From Octopus bimaculoides (Eukaryota), in assembly GCF_001194135.2 (NCBI RefSeq), contig NC_068981.1, positions 182,305,075 through 182,369,074 of the forward strand: a stretch of 64,000 nucleotides of DNA. The letters are read 5' to 3'. The notes under the pieces are model-generated. The model was not told where the DNA came from and did no database searches. It saw only the letters and a list, made by a program, of their open reading frames with translations. Made by a program: the position numbers and the translations under genes. The number at the start of each line of letters is the position of its first letter. Position 1 is the stretch's first letter. Positions 1-12,900 of this stretch are shown here, in pieces.

Positions 1-102
1 GTTCACCAGTCCTCAGTCAAATCGTCCAACCCATGCTAGCATGGAAAGTGGACATTAAACAATGATGATAATAATAATAATGTTGAATGGGTCCCAACTT
101 AC

Positions 103-277
103 CAACAATGTAAAAATTTGAATATAGCAGTTCTTTATGTCCATTTAGCCAAGCTTGAGCCAATTTGTGGTTTTTTGATTTTCCAGCCAGAAAGTTCAAG
201 AAATATGCACAAAGCCCACCCAACATCAACATCTCCATATAAAAACTGTCCCAGTTGGTGTGTAAATGGTAAGGTAT
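103..277 (-). CDS. CCDC47: CCDC47 coding exon 4 (TM helix)
   Basis: ttcag/IPYHLHTNWDSFYMEML...SNFYIV+G/gtaagt. Confidence 0.93.
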
Positions 278-2725
278 CTGAAAATAAAATATCAAATCAC
301 AGTAATTAAACATCGTTATAACAATAGTCGGCTTTCAAAAAATCTCATTAGGACTTGTAATTCCACTATGCCTATTCTAAATAATTCTTGACATTTCAAA
401 TACTATGAATGGTCTTACTGGAAGAAAACTACAAAATCAAAAGTTTGTACAAGATCTAAGATTTGTTTGTTTGACAAAACATTTATGGCATGCAAGCAAT
501 TATAATATCTGGTAGTTGTAGCAGAATTAATAACATGGCTGTGTGGTTAGGAAGCTTGCTTTACAACCACATAGTTTTAGGTTCAAACCCACTGTGCAAC
601 ACCTCGCACAAGTGTCGTCTAATATAGTCCTGAGCTGATCAATGTCTTGTAAGTGAATAAGGTAGATGGAAACTGTGGAAGCTTGTCATGTGTATATGTC
701 CGTGATGCATATCTATGTTGTCGCCGGCACCGCTGCTTGACAACTGGTGTTGGTTTGTTTACACCTCCAAAATTTAGCAGTTCAGCAAAAAAGATACCAA
801 ATAAATAACAGACTTAAAGTAAGTACTGAGGCTGATTTGTTCAACTAAAGCTCTCGAATGTGGTGCCCCAGCATGGCCACAGTCTAATGACTGAAACAAG
901 TAAAAGAAATATATGTATATTTACATTTGGAATAGTGAGTCCAGGAGATGCTTCATGTGATTTGCCTTTGCCAAAATTACGTTCCTTATCATCAAATCCT
1001 TCAAATTCTTCATCATCATTCAAATAATCATTCTCATCATCTTCCGTCTGAAAAGAATGGAGAAAAAAAATCATGAAAAAGCCCAGGTCACATCAACATA
1101 TATCATATACCTGACTAGAAACTGAATATTTACAAACTCAAAAAATTTGTTAATATAACCATAAGGGTGGTTTTTTTTTTTTTGGAAACCCTGTGGATAC
1201 TGGTGCCATGTAAAAAGCACCTGTGCCAGCACTATGTAAAGAGCACTTGTGCTGGCGCCTTGTAAAGAACACCAATTCCAGCCCCACTTTAAGAGCACCC
1301 ATGCCGGAACCACATTTAAAGCACCCACTACACTCTGTAAAGTGGTTGGCTTGCCAGATCCAGTCAAACCGTCCAACCCATGCCGGCATGGAAAACAGAC
1401 ATTAAATGACAATGACAGCGAAATTAAATGATCTGCATTTGATAATCTATACCATCCTCATTTTTTAGCAGCTGTTTTTCCATGCTGGTATGGGTTGGAC
1501 AGGTTGTCATGATCTGTGCTATCTTGCACTGAGCAACAAAGAAAGCCAACCAACTTTTCGTTGTGTACATCTAACGCATGCTGATTGGTTGCACTTTATC
1601 TTGCCATCAGCACAAGAGAGAATATCTATATAAAGAGGACCAAAGAGTCTCCTTGACTTTATATCAGTTCTTGATTGAAGTTACTCCCTTCTTAGATAGG
1701 TATACAGAAGACCTAGATCTTCTTATAGCTGAATTTGCTAAAGAATTAAAGAAAAAATTCCAAACGTAAAAAGAAAGCTTAAAATAAATTAGCAAAGACA
1801 AACATTTATTGAGCAAGAAAGATGAGAAGGCGGCAAGCTAGCAGAAACGTTAGCATGCTGGGCGAAATGCTTAGCGGTATTTCGTCAGCCACTACGTTCT
1901 GAGTTCAAATTCCGCCAAGGTCGACTTTGCCTTTCATCCTTTTGGGGGTCGATTAAATAAATACCAGTTATACACTGGAGTCGATATAATCGACTTAATC
2001 CATTTGTCTGTCCTTGTTTGTCCCCTCTGTGTGTAGTCCCTTGTGGGCAGTAAAGAAATAAGAAAGATGACAACTTTACTTCTTGGGAAAATGCACAAAA
2101 ACCTAAAAATGAAATGAACATGCTCCACTGCTATGTTAGTGCGCATACATTATAACACACAAATAAGCTACTCTGCAACAATATATTCCAGTATTTTCAA
2201 CTCTTATGCATATCTCACACAAATATAACATCTACTTATGGATTTAGAATAGTAGGATAAGCAGATGTGCTTCAAGAGGACACACCTTGGATTTTAAGCT
2301 TAGCCTGGTGTAGCCATCTGGTTCACCAGTCCTCAGTCAAATCATCCAACCCATGCTAGCATGGAAGGCGGATGTTAAATGATGATATATNNNNNNNNNN
2401 CAACCCATGCTAGCATGGAAGGCGGATGTTAAATGATGATATATATATATATATATACATACAGAGAGAGAGAGACTGGAAATATTTGTCTAGAACACAT
2501 AATACCTCCACAGTAGCATCGTCATCTTCAGCAGTATTATCAGGATATTGGGACCATTTTTGTTGCTGCTGCTGTTGCTCTTCTGAAGACGGTTTTGACT
2601 CACTTCCTAAATATGTTTCTTGTTGATTGTAGTTAGAATTCGAATCAACCGGATCATCTGTAAAGAGACACAGAGCTCATAATTAATAACAACTCAAAAG
2701 TCAAATAGTTATATATATATATATA

Positions 2726-2803
<78 letters not shown>

Positions 2804-3831
2804 TTGAAATTTATAGACAAACAAAACATGAAGACAGATGTATGAACCACAAGTAAATATATTAGTTTGACGCTCAGGAAAAATGAAAAAGTCTTTTACA
2901 TTTCAAGTCTACGCTTTTCAACAGAAAGGAATAGGACAAAATAAACAGAGAGAGAATGAAAAAAACTTGTAAATTTCAGTGGTCCATGCATCTAACCCAT
3001 GCCAGCATGGAAAACAAATGCTAAATGTTGATTATGTTATGCTTAGAAGCAATGCACATTACCAGAATTTTTTTACTCAAATCAAATGGAACAAACTACT
3101 TCAAATCCTTGTTAGACTGTTCACATAAATGGAGTTGGGACAGGCGAGTTTGTACTGGCAAAGTCGTATATACACACATTATATATACTCATATGTATAT
3201 GTGTGTGTGTGTGTGCATTCTATTTTTACATATGTGTATGCATGTGTGTGATCAGAGTCTATTATGCACTTGGGCCCAGTCACTGGTTTGAGGGTATCTT
3301 ATCTCAACTTTCCCACTTTCCAAGGAAATCCCGTTAAGGCACAGACAATGCCTTCTCAGTTGTATAAAGTATAATATTTTGAAATGTATCAACTGAAGAA
3401 GGTCTTTCATAATTTCCTGTTATCTATTACATAATGATCTGAAATATACATATTAAATGCTTTCAAGACATCACTATTTGGTTTGATCTCATTATTCTAC
3501 ATAAGCAATAGGTAAGAAAATGTACCAACATGACATACAATAGGTACATATAATAAATGCTGAGACCAAGTATCTAAGATCCAGCATTGAATGAAGGGAT
3601 AAAAGAACTTATAGAAATAAGGGTGGTCTATAAGCAATGTACAGGTTGAGCTAATATAACTATAATAGAATAAAAGAGGGACAGGCAGTTGCAAGGCATC
3701 AAGTCAAATAACATTTATACTGAAGAGAATACAAAGATATACAAATTTAGCAGAAAACTAAGAGAATCTGGGGAGTGAAAGTTCATACTGATTTAGCATA
3801 GACAGGAAATTCACAGTCCATCTTTGATTCT

Positions 3832-3868
<37 letters not shown>

Positions 3869-6088
3869 TCATCATTTAACATCTGCTTTCTATGTTAGCT
3901 TGGGTTGGATGATCTGGCTGGGAACCAGCAAGATGCAGGTGTGCATAAAACTCCATTGTCATCTTTGGCATACAATCTACAGCAGAGCAGGATGCCCTTC
4001 CTAATACCAATTACATTACAGCAAGTACTGTGTGCTTTTTTCATGCCACCAGTACTAGTGAAGATGCCATGTGTCTTGCAAGACAAAAGGGGAAAAGTTC
4101 CCACTACTAAGAAGTATACAAAACATTTTTCAAACCTATCTTAGTAAAATTAAAATTTGACTATAACAGGTATGGTTATTATAACAAATAATTATTACAA
4201 TACTATAATTAATTTCAAGATAAACAGTGTCTGTAAGGTTAAGAATTGGAGTATCAAGAGTTCATACTCTGGAATAGTCACAGAGTAGGGACCCTACAGA
4301 AAATGTTACTCTTTTCCCTATCTGTATACATATCTCATGTTTGAGTTACTAGCATTAAGACTTTCTCCAAAATTCTCACTTGAAACAACATTGAATAAAG
4401 TCAAAGAGAGATCTTATTGAATGTCAGAATTGACACTAGAATCAATAAGCAAGGTTGTCAAACCACATAAAGAGACTACGAAAGTCTAGAGTGAGGTGTC
4501 AAACTGAGTGGATGTTTCCATGTAACATCTTGACAGCTTACCAAATCAACCTCAGAGAAAACAATATTGCAAAAGTTGGGCATCGCATCATCATCTCCAT
4601 CAAAGGACATTGAATGATGTTGATGGTAATGTGATGCCCAACTCAGAGAAGTGAATGGGAAGAGAGTTTAACGCTAAGTATAACGACAATTAAGACCAGC
4701 TCTATGAATATGTAAGGGTTTAAGATGAGATATCAAGTTATTTGATATCAAGTTATTGTTGCAGCAAAGAGAAATCTAAGGATTGAAACAGATGCAACTG
4801 ACACAAAATCAAAGCGTGAAGTTAATACCAAATGTACTTAATAAACATATTTATTTAAATTAAACCAAAACAATGTTTTTGGATATTTATAGATACATGT
4901 GTTTGCTTTTATTACATCTTACCATAATACAATATAAATATAAGTTTATAATTTGTTTTGAACAGTGTAATATGAATTAGATAAAGCTATGAATAATAGT
5001 TTGAAAATGTTAAGCAGAAAAAGGCTTTTGGATACAAAAAGTTGACTTTTTAGTTGATTTTTAACCCAATATTTACATGCTATTGTTTAAAGCTTTATCT
5101 AATCCAAGTTCCACCTTTCAAAATAAAGAATTTGTCTCTTGAATTTTCTAAACCCATAAGATATAAACAGTAAACAATTATCGTTGGTGAGAACAAAGTT
5201 TCTAAAATGGATTGAGAATTTCAAATGATTGCTTTTGTCCAATGGTAGAACGTCTGTCATGTTTACAAAAGATGTGTTAGTTCGATTCTCACAAGCAGCC
5301 TTCAGCTTCTATCCAAAAGAGTTTTTTTAACTCAAAATTTACATGCTTCCCTCAGGCTTTGTTACATTGGCATCATCAAGATCAGTGATGAAATAAAGAC
5401 AGATGCTGAAAGTGAATCAGAGACACATCCTCAGACAAGATCAAGAAAGCAATTGTATGGTGGCACTAAAGTGACAGCCTGAGGGGAAAAGAGCAGCAGT
5501 GCACCTTAAAACCACATGGCAAAGGGCCATTAACAATGAAAGGAGATGAGAAGAGTGTAGAAGCTGGAAACCAAACAGAGTAGAAAACAGAGATGGTTGA
5601 AGAAATTATGTTGTAGCCTTATGTGCCTCATGGCACAGAGAGAACGAACTAATTTACATTCTATTATTTGTAACTTTATCTACTTAGAATTCCACTGTTA
5701 AAAACGAATTATCTCACATCTCTCAAAGTTTCTAAATCCTTTTGACATAAATATTTTTATATATAAAAATATGTCATAGTTCTTATAGATATATATTTCA
5801 TACTAGGTTATTTATATAATCTATTTATACGATAAACATTATAACTTATTTATGCAATAAGCATTGTTTTTTAAAATAAAATATTGAATGGACAAAAAAA
5901 AAAGATAAGAAAATATACATTGATAATTTAACATCAAATTGTTTTTACAACTGACCTTCATCAAATTCTTCAAACTCAGCAAATTCATTGTCTTCTATAC
6001 TGGAATCATACTGACTGCATGTAATGCAATGAAGAAGTGCAGTCAATAGACTGATGAGGAAAAATAGGTATGATAATGTTGTTTTCAT
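103..6088 (-). CDS. CCDC47: CCDC47 (PAT complex subunit, ER membrane), 5' part; coding exons 5956-6088, 2506-2657, 925-1047, 103-277; gene continues beyond the left edge
   Basis: Spliced translation gives a signal peptide, acidic luminal region (DNEFAEFE, DDEEFEGF) and HLHTNWDSFYMEMLMLGGLCAYFLNFLAGKSKNHKLAQAWLNGHKELLYSNFYIVG, matching recalled CCDC47 (HLQNSWESYYLEILM...[28 protein letters not shown]). All introns GT-AG with phases 1,0,0,1. Confidence 0.93.
925..1047 (-). CDS. CCDC47: CCDC47 coding exon 3
   Basis: ttcag/TEDDENDYLNDDEEFEGFDDKERNFGKGKSHEASPGLTIPN/gtaaat. Confidence 0.9.
1826..2059 (+). mobile_element. tRNA-derived SINE, family B, LINE-like tail
   Basis: A-box/B-box head (GTTCAAATTCC), core GCCTTTCATCCTTT.GGGGTCGA..AAATAAGTACCAG, 11-bp TSD aagaaagatga (1815-1825 and 2060-2070). 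Confidence 0.85.
2506..2657 (-). CDS. CCDC47: CCDC47 coding exon 2 (not in ORF track)
   Basis: tttacag/ATGATCC...GTGGAG/gtatt; 152 nt restores frame; DDPVDSNSNYNQQETYLGSESKPSSEEQQQQQQKWSQYPDNTAEDDDATVE. Confidence 0.8.
5385..5650 (+). mobile_element. Degenerate RTE (BovB-like) ORF C-terminus
   Basis: HILRQDQESNCMVALK..PEGKR....KTTWQR...NRDG...VVALCASWHRE. Confidence 0.55.
5956..6088 (-). CDS. CCDC47: CCDC47 first coding exon
   Basis: ttcag/GAA ATG; MKTTLSYLFFLISLLTALLHCITCSQYDSSIEDNEFAEFEEFDE+G/gtcagt. The acceptor 3 nt before the ATG implies an upstream non-coding exon. Confidence 0.88.
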
Positions 6089-8654
6089 TTCCTGAAAGAA
6101 TATAAATATAAATATAAATATAAAAATGAATGTTTTCAGCAGGTTTGTGTTCATCAGTGCAACTGCTTGTGATGGAGATAAACTAAAATATTCAGACATC
6201 AAAATTATAATAACTATAATATAAAAATATAAAAACAACTGTGTTAACATTCAGAACATAATTAATGAAGTCAATATTATCTTAGCGCATTAGCCAACAA
6301 TAAATTACGCTGCAACCAGAAGTATCATTATAGCAATAGACAGATTCCACAACATCTTCATGCCCTGGGTATGATTTGAACAGCATGTAGTAGTGGGGCC
6401 CTGTCCAGACATTTAAAAATTTTAAGGAGTGTGGAACCACCTGACCTGGAGGAGTAGTAGCAGCTATCAGTAGGTATGGGTTAATTAGCATGTCATCGAA
6501 TTGTCTCTGGAAGAAGGTCACTTACAGACACTCCAACAGACTCTGGGCAGATGAGGCCCTTCAGTTCTTTAGCTGCACATTGAAGAGAAAGTAGCTCCAT
6601 CTACATCCTGATAACTACTGGACCCATGACACTTGTTGTACCAGACCAATACAAGTTTGAAGAACAAGACAGTGGAACTGGCTCTACAACAAACCATGCT
6701 CATTTTAATATTAAAACCCTGTAGTTGCGTGGAGTAATTATTGAGCATTTAAAAAAGGTTAAAAGAGAAAACCCCAACAGAAAATCGAGAGGGAGAGGCC
6801 CTAAGATAGATATGTAGCTATACTTAACCAATGGCCAGATGCCCTTTTTGTCTCCAACACTCACTTGTTTCCAAGAACAACCTTGCATGTATGGCAACAA
6901 GTTTCCAATTTCATGAAGGCTGTCCACATCTGCTCACAGCAACAGTTGCATTTAAGATAATTAATGAAAGCATGGTACATACTACCTTGTTACTTCTCTT
7001 ACGAGTAAGGACTATGCTGTGGATAGTAATCTAAGAAGTAACTGGTGATGGCTAAACAGGGTATAAAAAATCCATCAAGCAATACTGTCAATCGTTATTT
7101 AACCCCAAGTCATACGTGATCGAACAGAACTATGATCAAAGGCATTCCAACTGTGACCATCCCACCCTTTTTAGGAATTTTCTAATGGGTCCTTTCTTCC
7201 TCTTTTAAAGGAGGTTAAAGATGTTATATGAAGAAAATTTGGCTGTTATTCCTATTAGTAGAGGCTTCCTAATCTTGTGATACTAATGATTCTTACATGC
7301 AATGCATTAGATGTTATTTCAAAGACATCATACGAATGTTGTTAGTAAACAGAAAACAAGAGCCTGACAAGTGTATGCAGAGCCGGTGTGTGTGTGTGAG
7401 TGCATTCATTTAAACTGGACATTAAATAACATTTCTTTTAAAGTTTACAAATTCGAACCAAAATTGGAAATAACTTTTATAAAATAAATAAAAGGCTTGA
7501 AACTTTAAATATTTTAATCGGCGCAGTTAGAAAATTGTCATTTTATAAAGGAACCAATGGTGGAACCTCTGCGCAGTAATTTGACTCGCTAGTGATAGCA
7601 GCGAAATTTCTCTTAAATCACACCATAGCATTTTAAATAAAGAAGGTCACATCGGATAATGTTAAAGAATGTCGTTATCCCTTATATGTATACATATATA
7701 TAAAAGGGAGAGGTGGTTACAGCTTTGATCCTAGATCTACTCGATTAAGGATGACCGAGGGCTAAACAACACGTTATCTATACGAAACCAATAATAATAA
7801 TAATCCTTTCTACTAAAGGCAAAATATAATAGTAATATTCGAGCATTTAAACTTCATAAATCTAATATAGGCACGAGATTATAATCACGGCGTGACAGCA
7901 CAGCGTTTAAGCGGATTTGGGAGTTTTTGTTTAATATCCTGTCTATTTAACTAAAACATTTGGCTCAGAATTTAATCAATGTTCAGCTCAAAACTATTTT
8001 GATAAGTCACCATGTTTAAATATCATGTACAAGAGTGAAAGAATTACCATCAAAATTATTCTTGATCAGTACTAGGTCAGCCCTAATTGAGCAGATCGAA
8101 GGAGAAAAAAACCTATCAGCTGTGACCATCCCATTTATATGCTTATGGCGTAGTGCATCTCGAGACATTGTCCAATTTGTGGTTCTTTAAAACAGTTGGG
8201 TGTGATTTGACTGCTATTTCTAACAGGTTGAGCCTCAGAGGAAAGCCATGTAGGTTTTCCTCTGAGGTTAACTCCCATTCGTGTGAAAAACCGTGAAATT
8301 CTGTCTGAACTTATAGAAGAACTGTTGAATTAAGCTTCGCTCGAACTTGCAATTCATGCATAATAGCCAGTATATTTGACCACACACATTCATATCTAAT
8401 TCAGAAATGTAATTAATTAAGAGTTAATGATGAAACAGAATATACAAAACTCCCGGCAATCAGGAGGCCGTCTTAATATATATATGCATTATATATAGAG
8501 AGAAAACCCATGGTAAATCCAAGCAACGATTAATTACTCTTGTAAAATAATGTGAATCCTTAGAAAATAAAACTGAATTGAGAGTAAAGAAATATAAAAT
8601 GATATTAAAGATGTGATAGATGGAAATAAACCAGAAAATAAAAGACATATTTAC

Positions 8655-8880
8655 CGAGAACTGAAATATCCCTTTTACGGCGTTCGAACTTCTCACCCGA
8701 AATACTTTCCCACAGGAGAGCTCTTATCAATTATCTCCCTTGTGGAACCGGAGTGCAAAAGATTCTTTTATGTCTTACTTTCCTGCGAAACTTTGATATA
8801 TATTTCTGTAAAAGTCTTAACCAAGTCTTTGCTTATCTGTCGATAGTTGTTTAATGCTGCATCAACAACCTGTTTGTACT
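8655..8880 (-). other. Candidate 5' non-coding exon / promoter of CCDC47
   Basis: Minus-strand donor TTCTCG/gtaaat at 8654, CpG-richer non-repetitive sequence, DRE-like TATCGACA (8838-8845). The 5' boundary is a guess. Confidence 0.3.
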
Positions 8881-10244
8881 TTGTACACGCCTCTACTTAT
8901 AGGCTTTCATTTCTTTAACAATGGCGCAGCACGAACTCGTTTGTCTTTTGGGCCAAGGCGTGGGGGGTGGATAACTCTTTGGCCAATTTGTCACTGATAT
9001 CTCTCTACCCTCAACTAAACTCAAATATCTCTGAGTCGTATTACTATTACGGCAACATTTGTGTTTGTCGTATTACTTTTCCAAATCAAAAATACCATTG
9101 GAATTGGCTCTTCATTTAATTTCTCTGTGACCAATAAAACCTTGTGTCACGAGCTGAGTGAATTATATTCTTTCTCATTTTTTCGCAGAGGTTGACTTCT
9201 GCCTTTCGTCCCAGTTGAGCACTGAGTTCGATGTAACCCACTTACCCCTTCCCCTAAAATTGCTGGCCTTGTGCTAAAATATGAAGCCATTATTTTATTT
9301 TATTTTTTTTTTGGTGGTAGTGGGGAATTTGTATTTTAGGTTATTTCCTTTTCAGGACCTCTGCAGTGTTTATCTCCAGTTTCCGAGATCTTGAGAAAAT
9401 GAGTGAGGCAAATTCTTCCTGAATATGATGCCTATCTATTATCTGAAGTAACTTTTCTCTCAATAGTAACCTAACTCAGCACGGCGGATAAATGTATCAT
9501 TAATTTTACACTGCTGTCGTTGCTTATATAATTATTCAGTAACTAATTTAGATTGACTTGATCATTGTGAACATATCATTGATGGCATATTTTATCTGGT
9601 GAACATCAACAATGCCCGCCGACTCATTCTCTTCCATTATTGTCGCATACCGGGGACATAGTTTTGTTCACCCCATTGTCTCCACTATACAGTTTCTCTC
9701 CACCTCATTGCTTACTGACAGATTGACCCTCACACTCTCGTCTGCTACCATATTTGTATCACCACCTCATTTTGATTGGAATGCCGACACTGTCCGTCCG
9801 ATTTTTTTTTCTACCGAGTCCGTCTCTTCTACTCTTAATCGACTACTTTATTGCGTTTTATGCGCACGTGCAAGTTAACATTTGAAACAAACAATATGCC
9901 ACTTATGCCACAAAAGTTATCATACGTATCATTTATCATTATAGTTATTCAAACTAAGAGTTTAGCAAACTGGCCTTGTGACCAATATCACCTCACCGTC
10001 CACTGACGTTTATTGCAACTTCCATATGTATATTAATAATCTGAGTAGATAACTTGTAGGTTTCTCAGCAGCTTATTAAGAATGTTCTTTTTCTTATTAA
10101 TTTTGAATGAAATGTATATATCCACTGGACGTGTGATTCCAACGTTATAGAAGTTTTTCTGTTACATACAATTATAGCTTTCTATTGTGTTTTCATTTAA
10201 AAGTTTGTATGGTAACGTTCTACCCATGTTGGGATGTGTGTATG

Positions 10245-10247
<3 letters not shown>

Positions 10248-10318
<71 letters not shown>
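10248..10318. repeat. (TA)n microsatellite (one of many in the window)
   Basis: About 70 bp of pure TA repeat. Confidence 0.95.
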
Positions 10319-10319
<1 letters not shown>

Positions 10320-10343
10320 CGGTTATTTCTTCGTTGCAGTTGA

Positions 10344-10718
10344 GGGTCACCAATTGTAACGGTTGTTGTTAAGGTGTCGGTTGCAAGTGCGCAAGATGGA
10401 AGAAGAACAGTGATTGAAGTTGTAAATAGATATTTATTTATCGTTACTTTAACATATATCCAAAACCACGACGGGTTGGTATGTATAAATAGTAAATGGA
10501 AAAGCATGCGAGGAAAAAAATAAAGAGTTAATTTCGGCCTGTATGCATGTACACGTTCTCATAATAGTTTATATAGAGAGATATGGTAATGTTACAGAGA
10601 AGTGAGAGTGGTGGGACAAAACGACTGCTTCGTTGGTGAGTTACCATAGTTGTCCCTTTATACCTTTTCCTTTAGAGACGGCGTTTTGTTCAGCCGGTCA
10701 GCCAGACTCGGTTGTCAC
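10344..10718 (-). mobile_element. LTR-like segment with PBS-like site
   Basis: Minus strand has TATAAA, AATAAA and a GTTACA end at 10355, then AT plus TGGTGACCC (9-nt match to the recalled tRNA-Trp 3' end). No internal ORF or TSD found. Confidence 0.4.
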
Positions 10719-12109
10719 TAATTTCTTCTATTGCCAAAAAAAGGGCTAACATAGAGGGGACAACAGAAGGACAAAACAAAAACATTTAAGGACTGGGACT
10801 ATACAATGATTAAGTCGGAATGAGAAATCGAACACAATGAAATCGAAAGAATTAAAATTTGTTAAAAATTGATGATATAAAGTTTTCTCGGATTTGTGTT
10901 CAACCCGCCGGGTTTTTTTTTTTCTTTCTTTCCTTTTTTTTAATAGATAACTTTTTTCAGCATAATTTTCGGGGTTTTATTTTTCCTTCTTTTCCGTCCT
11001 GACCGGCTACACTAGCGCGGCGCCATTCACTCTCAGCTTCCTTACGAAATTTGCCCATCTTTTCTCAAACGTTCTTTGAGACAGGCATCTCTTCTCCAGA
11101 CTGATCTTTCTGGACAGGTGGTAGTTGAAGTAACACACCAACCCGCGTCCGGAGATAAAGTTGCCTGTCTCAATTCCCCTCCCACGCGTCACCCATACCG
11201 TATCTTTCAGCATGGCTACTACACAGAAAAAGGACGCCTCCTTTTCTTTATTCAAGGAAGGAGGCGGTACAACCTTGATGATAGACTCAGTCGATAACCG
11301 TACTCTTTCCGTTTCCGACATCAGTTGTTCAACATGGGTTATCAACCCCCTCAATTCCTCACAATGTACGAAGGCGTGCGTGACAGTTTCACTGACATGC
11401 TCGCACCTCGGGCATGTGGAAGGGAGTGCCAACTCCATGCCTTGACAACCTCTCTCGAACTGGCAAGGCCGATCGGTAGCATAACCAAGTCAGGGATTTC
11501 TGGAAGCTATCCAAATACCTCGGCCCGAATGTTTCGAACAGGTGGACAAGCTGGTCCCCATCGATGCCCAGAGTCTCTATCAACCCGCTATAAAAAATCC
11601 ACAGTGGTAGCCCCGCTGTCGGTATTCCTCACCTGGGAGAATTCGCCCATTTTCGGTCTTTACTTGATCCATGCGCCTACGTCCGTTAAGGATGTCAATT
11701 GTGGAAGGAAGAACTTGACATGCGGTGACCACACCCGCTCACCATCCAGGTAGAGTCAGAGATGTCTCAGCCTCAGCGCAGACTTGCGCATCGTCAACCA
11801 AGGCATCCCTAACCCTCCCTTTAACGGTTTCTGGCAGCAGATGGAGCGCCTCAGAAGTTGTGGTTTCCCATTCCACAAAAAGCGGAAAAGGATCCGTCCC
11901 AACTTGGTTAGCCACACACCGGGGCAAGGCACGATGGTTAGGCGGTAGGTTATCAGAGATGCTATAAACACCTGTGCAACCTCCGCCCTCCCTAGCAAGG
12001 ATAGCGTCCTCCCAGACCAGGTCTACGTTATGGCCGTCACTTTGCTTGTGACCTCGCTCCAGTTTTTCTCCAGACCCCAAACATAGGTTCTAACTAACTG
12101 ACTTTGGCT
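10719..12109 (-). mobile_element. Tx1/L1-clade LINE, 5'-truncated ORF2 3' half plus 3' UTR (degenerate)
   Basis: WSGRTLSLLGRAEVAQVFIASLITY...FRFLWNGK...GGLGMP and C-terminal CPRC....ETVTHAFVHC zinc-binding motif; internal stops; ORF stop at 11007. Confidence 0.85.
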
Positions 12110-12900
12110 TATTCTTGTAAGGACTTTGCTTGGAATGGAAAGCAAGATAATTCCCCTCCACTTTTCGCACTGTGATAAATCCCCACTCTTCGGCAGCTTC
12201 ACCAAAAGACCCTTCTTCCAGTCGGTTGGGATTTTCTCTGTCGTCCATACCAGGTTCAGCACATGGTGCATATGATCGATCATTTCTTCTTCTCCTGCCT
12301 TCAGTGCCTTTGCTGGTATGCCGTCCACTCCTGCCGCCTTTTCGTTCTTTAAGNNNNNNNNNNNNNNNNNNNNTCTTCGCGGCTTTGCGGATTGCTGGCT
12401 TGGTGATTTCTCCAATGCGCATATTGAGCGGAATCCCTGGCCCCAATTCTGGCGGATCTTGAGGTGGAGGGCGGTTAAGTGTCTCTTGGAAGTGTTCCTT
12501 CCATCTCACCAGTTGGTCCTCAATGGAAGTTAGCAACCGTCCGGCCTAGTCCTTTACTGGTCTGACGAGGTTGCCTCTCCTTCCACTCAGTAACCTTATT
12601 GTTGCATATAGTACCATCAAGTCTCCTTTCCTCGTTGCTGTTTCCGCTTCATCGGCCACTTCATTGAAGTATGTTATTCTGTCTCTCCTTAGTTTCTTCT
12701 TGACTTCTCTCACCACCTCACTATACTTACTGGCAACAGCCTGCTTCTGCTGATGGTTTCTGGCTTGGTTCAACTCCTGCTTCAGCATTTTCCACTCCTC
12801 CGCCGTCTGCCAAGTCTCGTCACTTATCCAAGGCTTCCTGTTCACTGGTCGTCTTCCCAGAACCTCTTTGCACACTCCAACTGTAGCCTCCTTCAAATTT
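12110..12900 (-). mobile_element. RTE-clade LINE fragment (EN-RT linker and RT N-terminus)
   Basis: KPWISDETWQ...RWKEHFQETLNRPPP...LKNEKAAGVDGIPA...IPTDWKKGLLVKLPKSGDLSQCEKWRGIILLSIPSKVLTRI. Confidence 0.88.

Noticed and set aside
2341-2450. Direct duplication of caacccatgctagcatggaaggcggatgttaaatgatgat
   Set aside because: Identical copies on either side of a 10-N gap: a contig-overlap artefact.
9612-9878. 88-aa ORF MPADSFSS... in the intergenic region
   Set aside because: No recognisable domain, splice context or codon signal.
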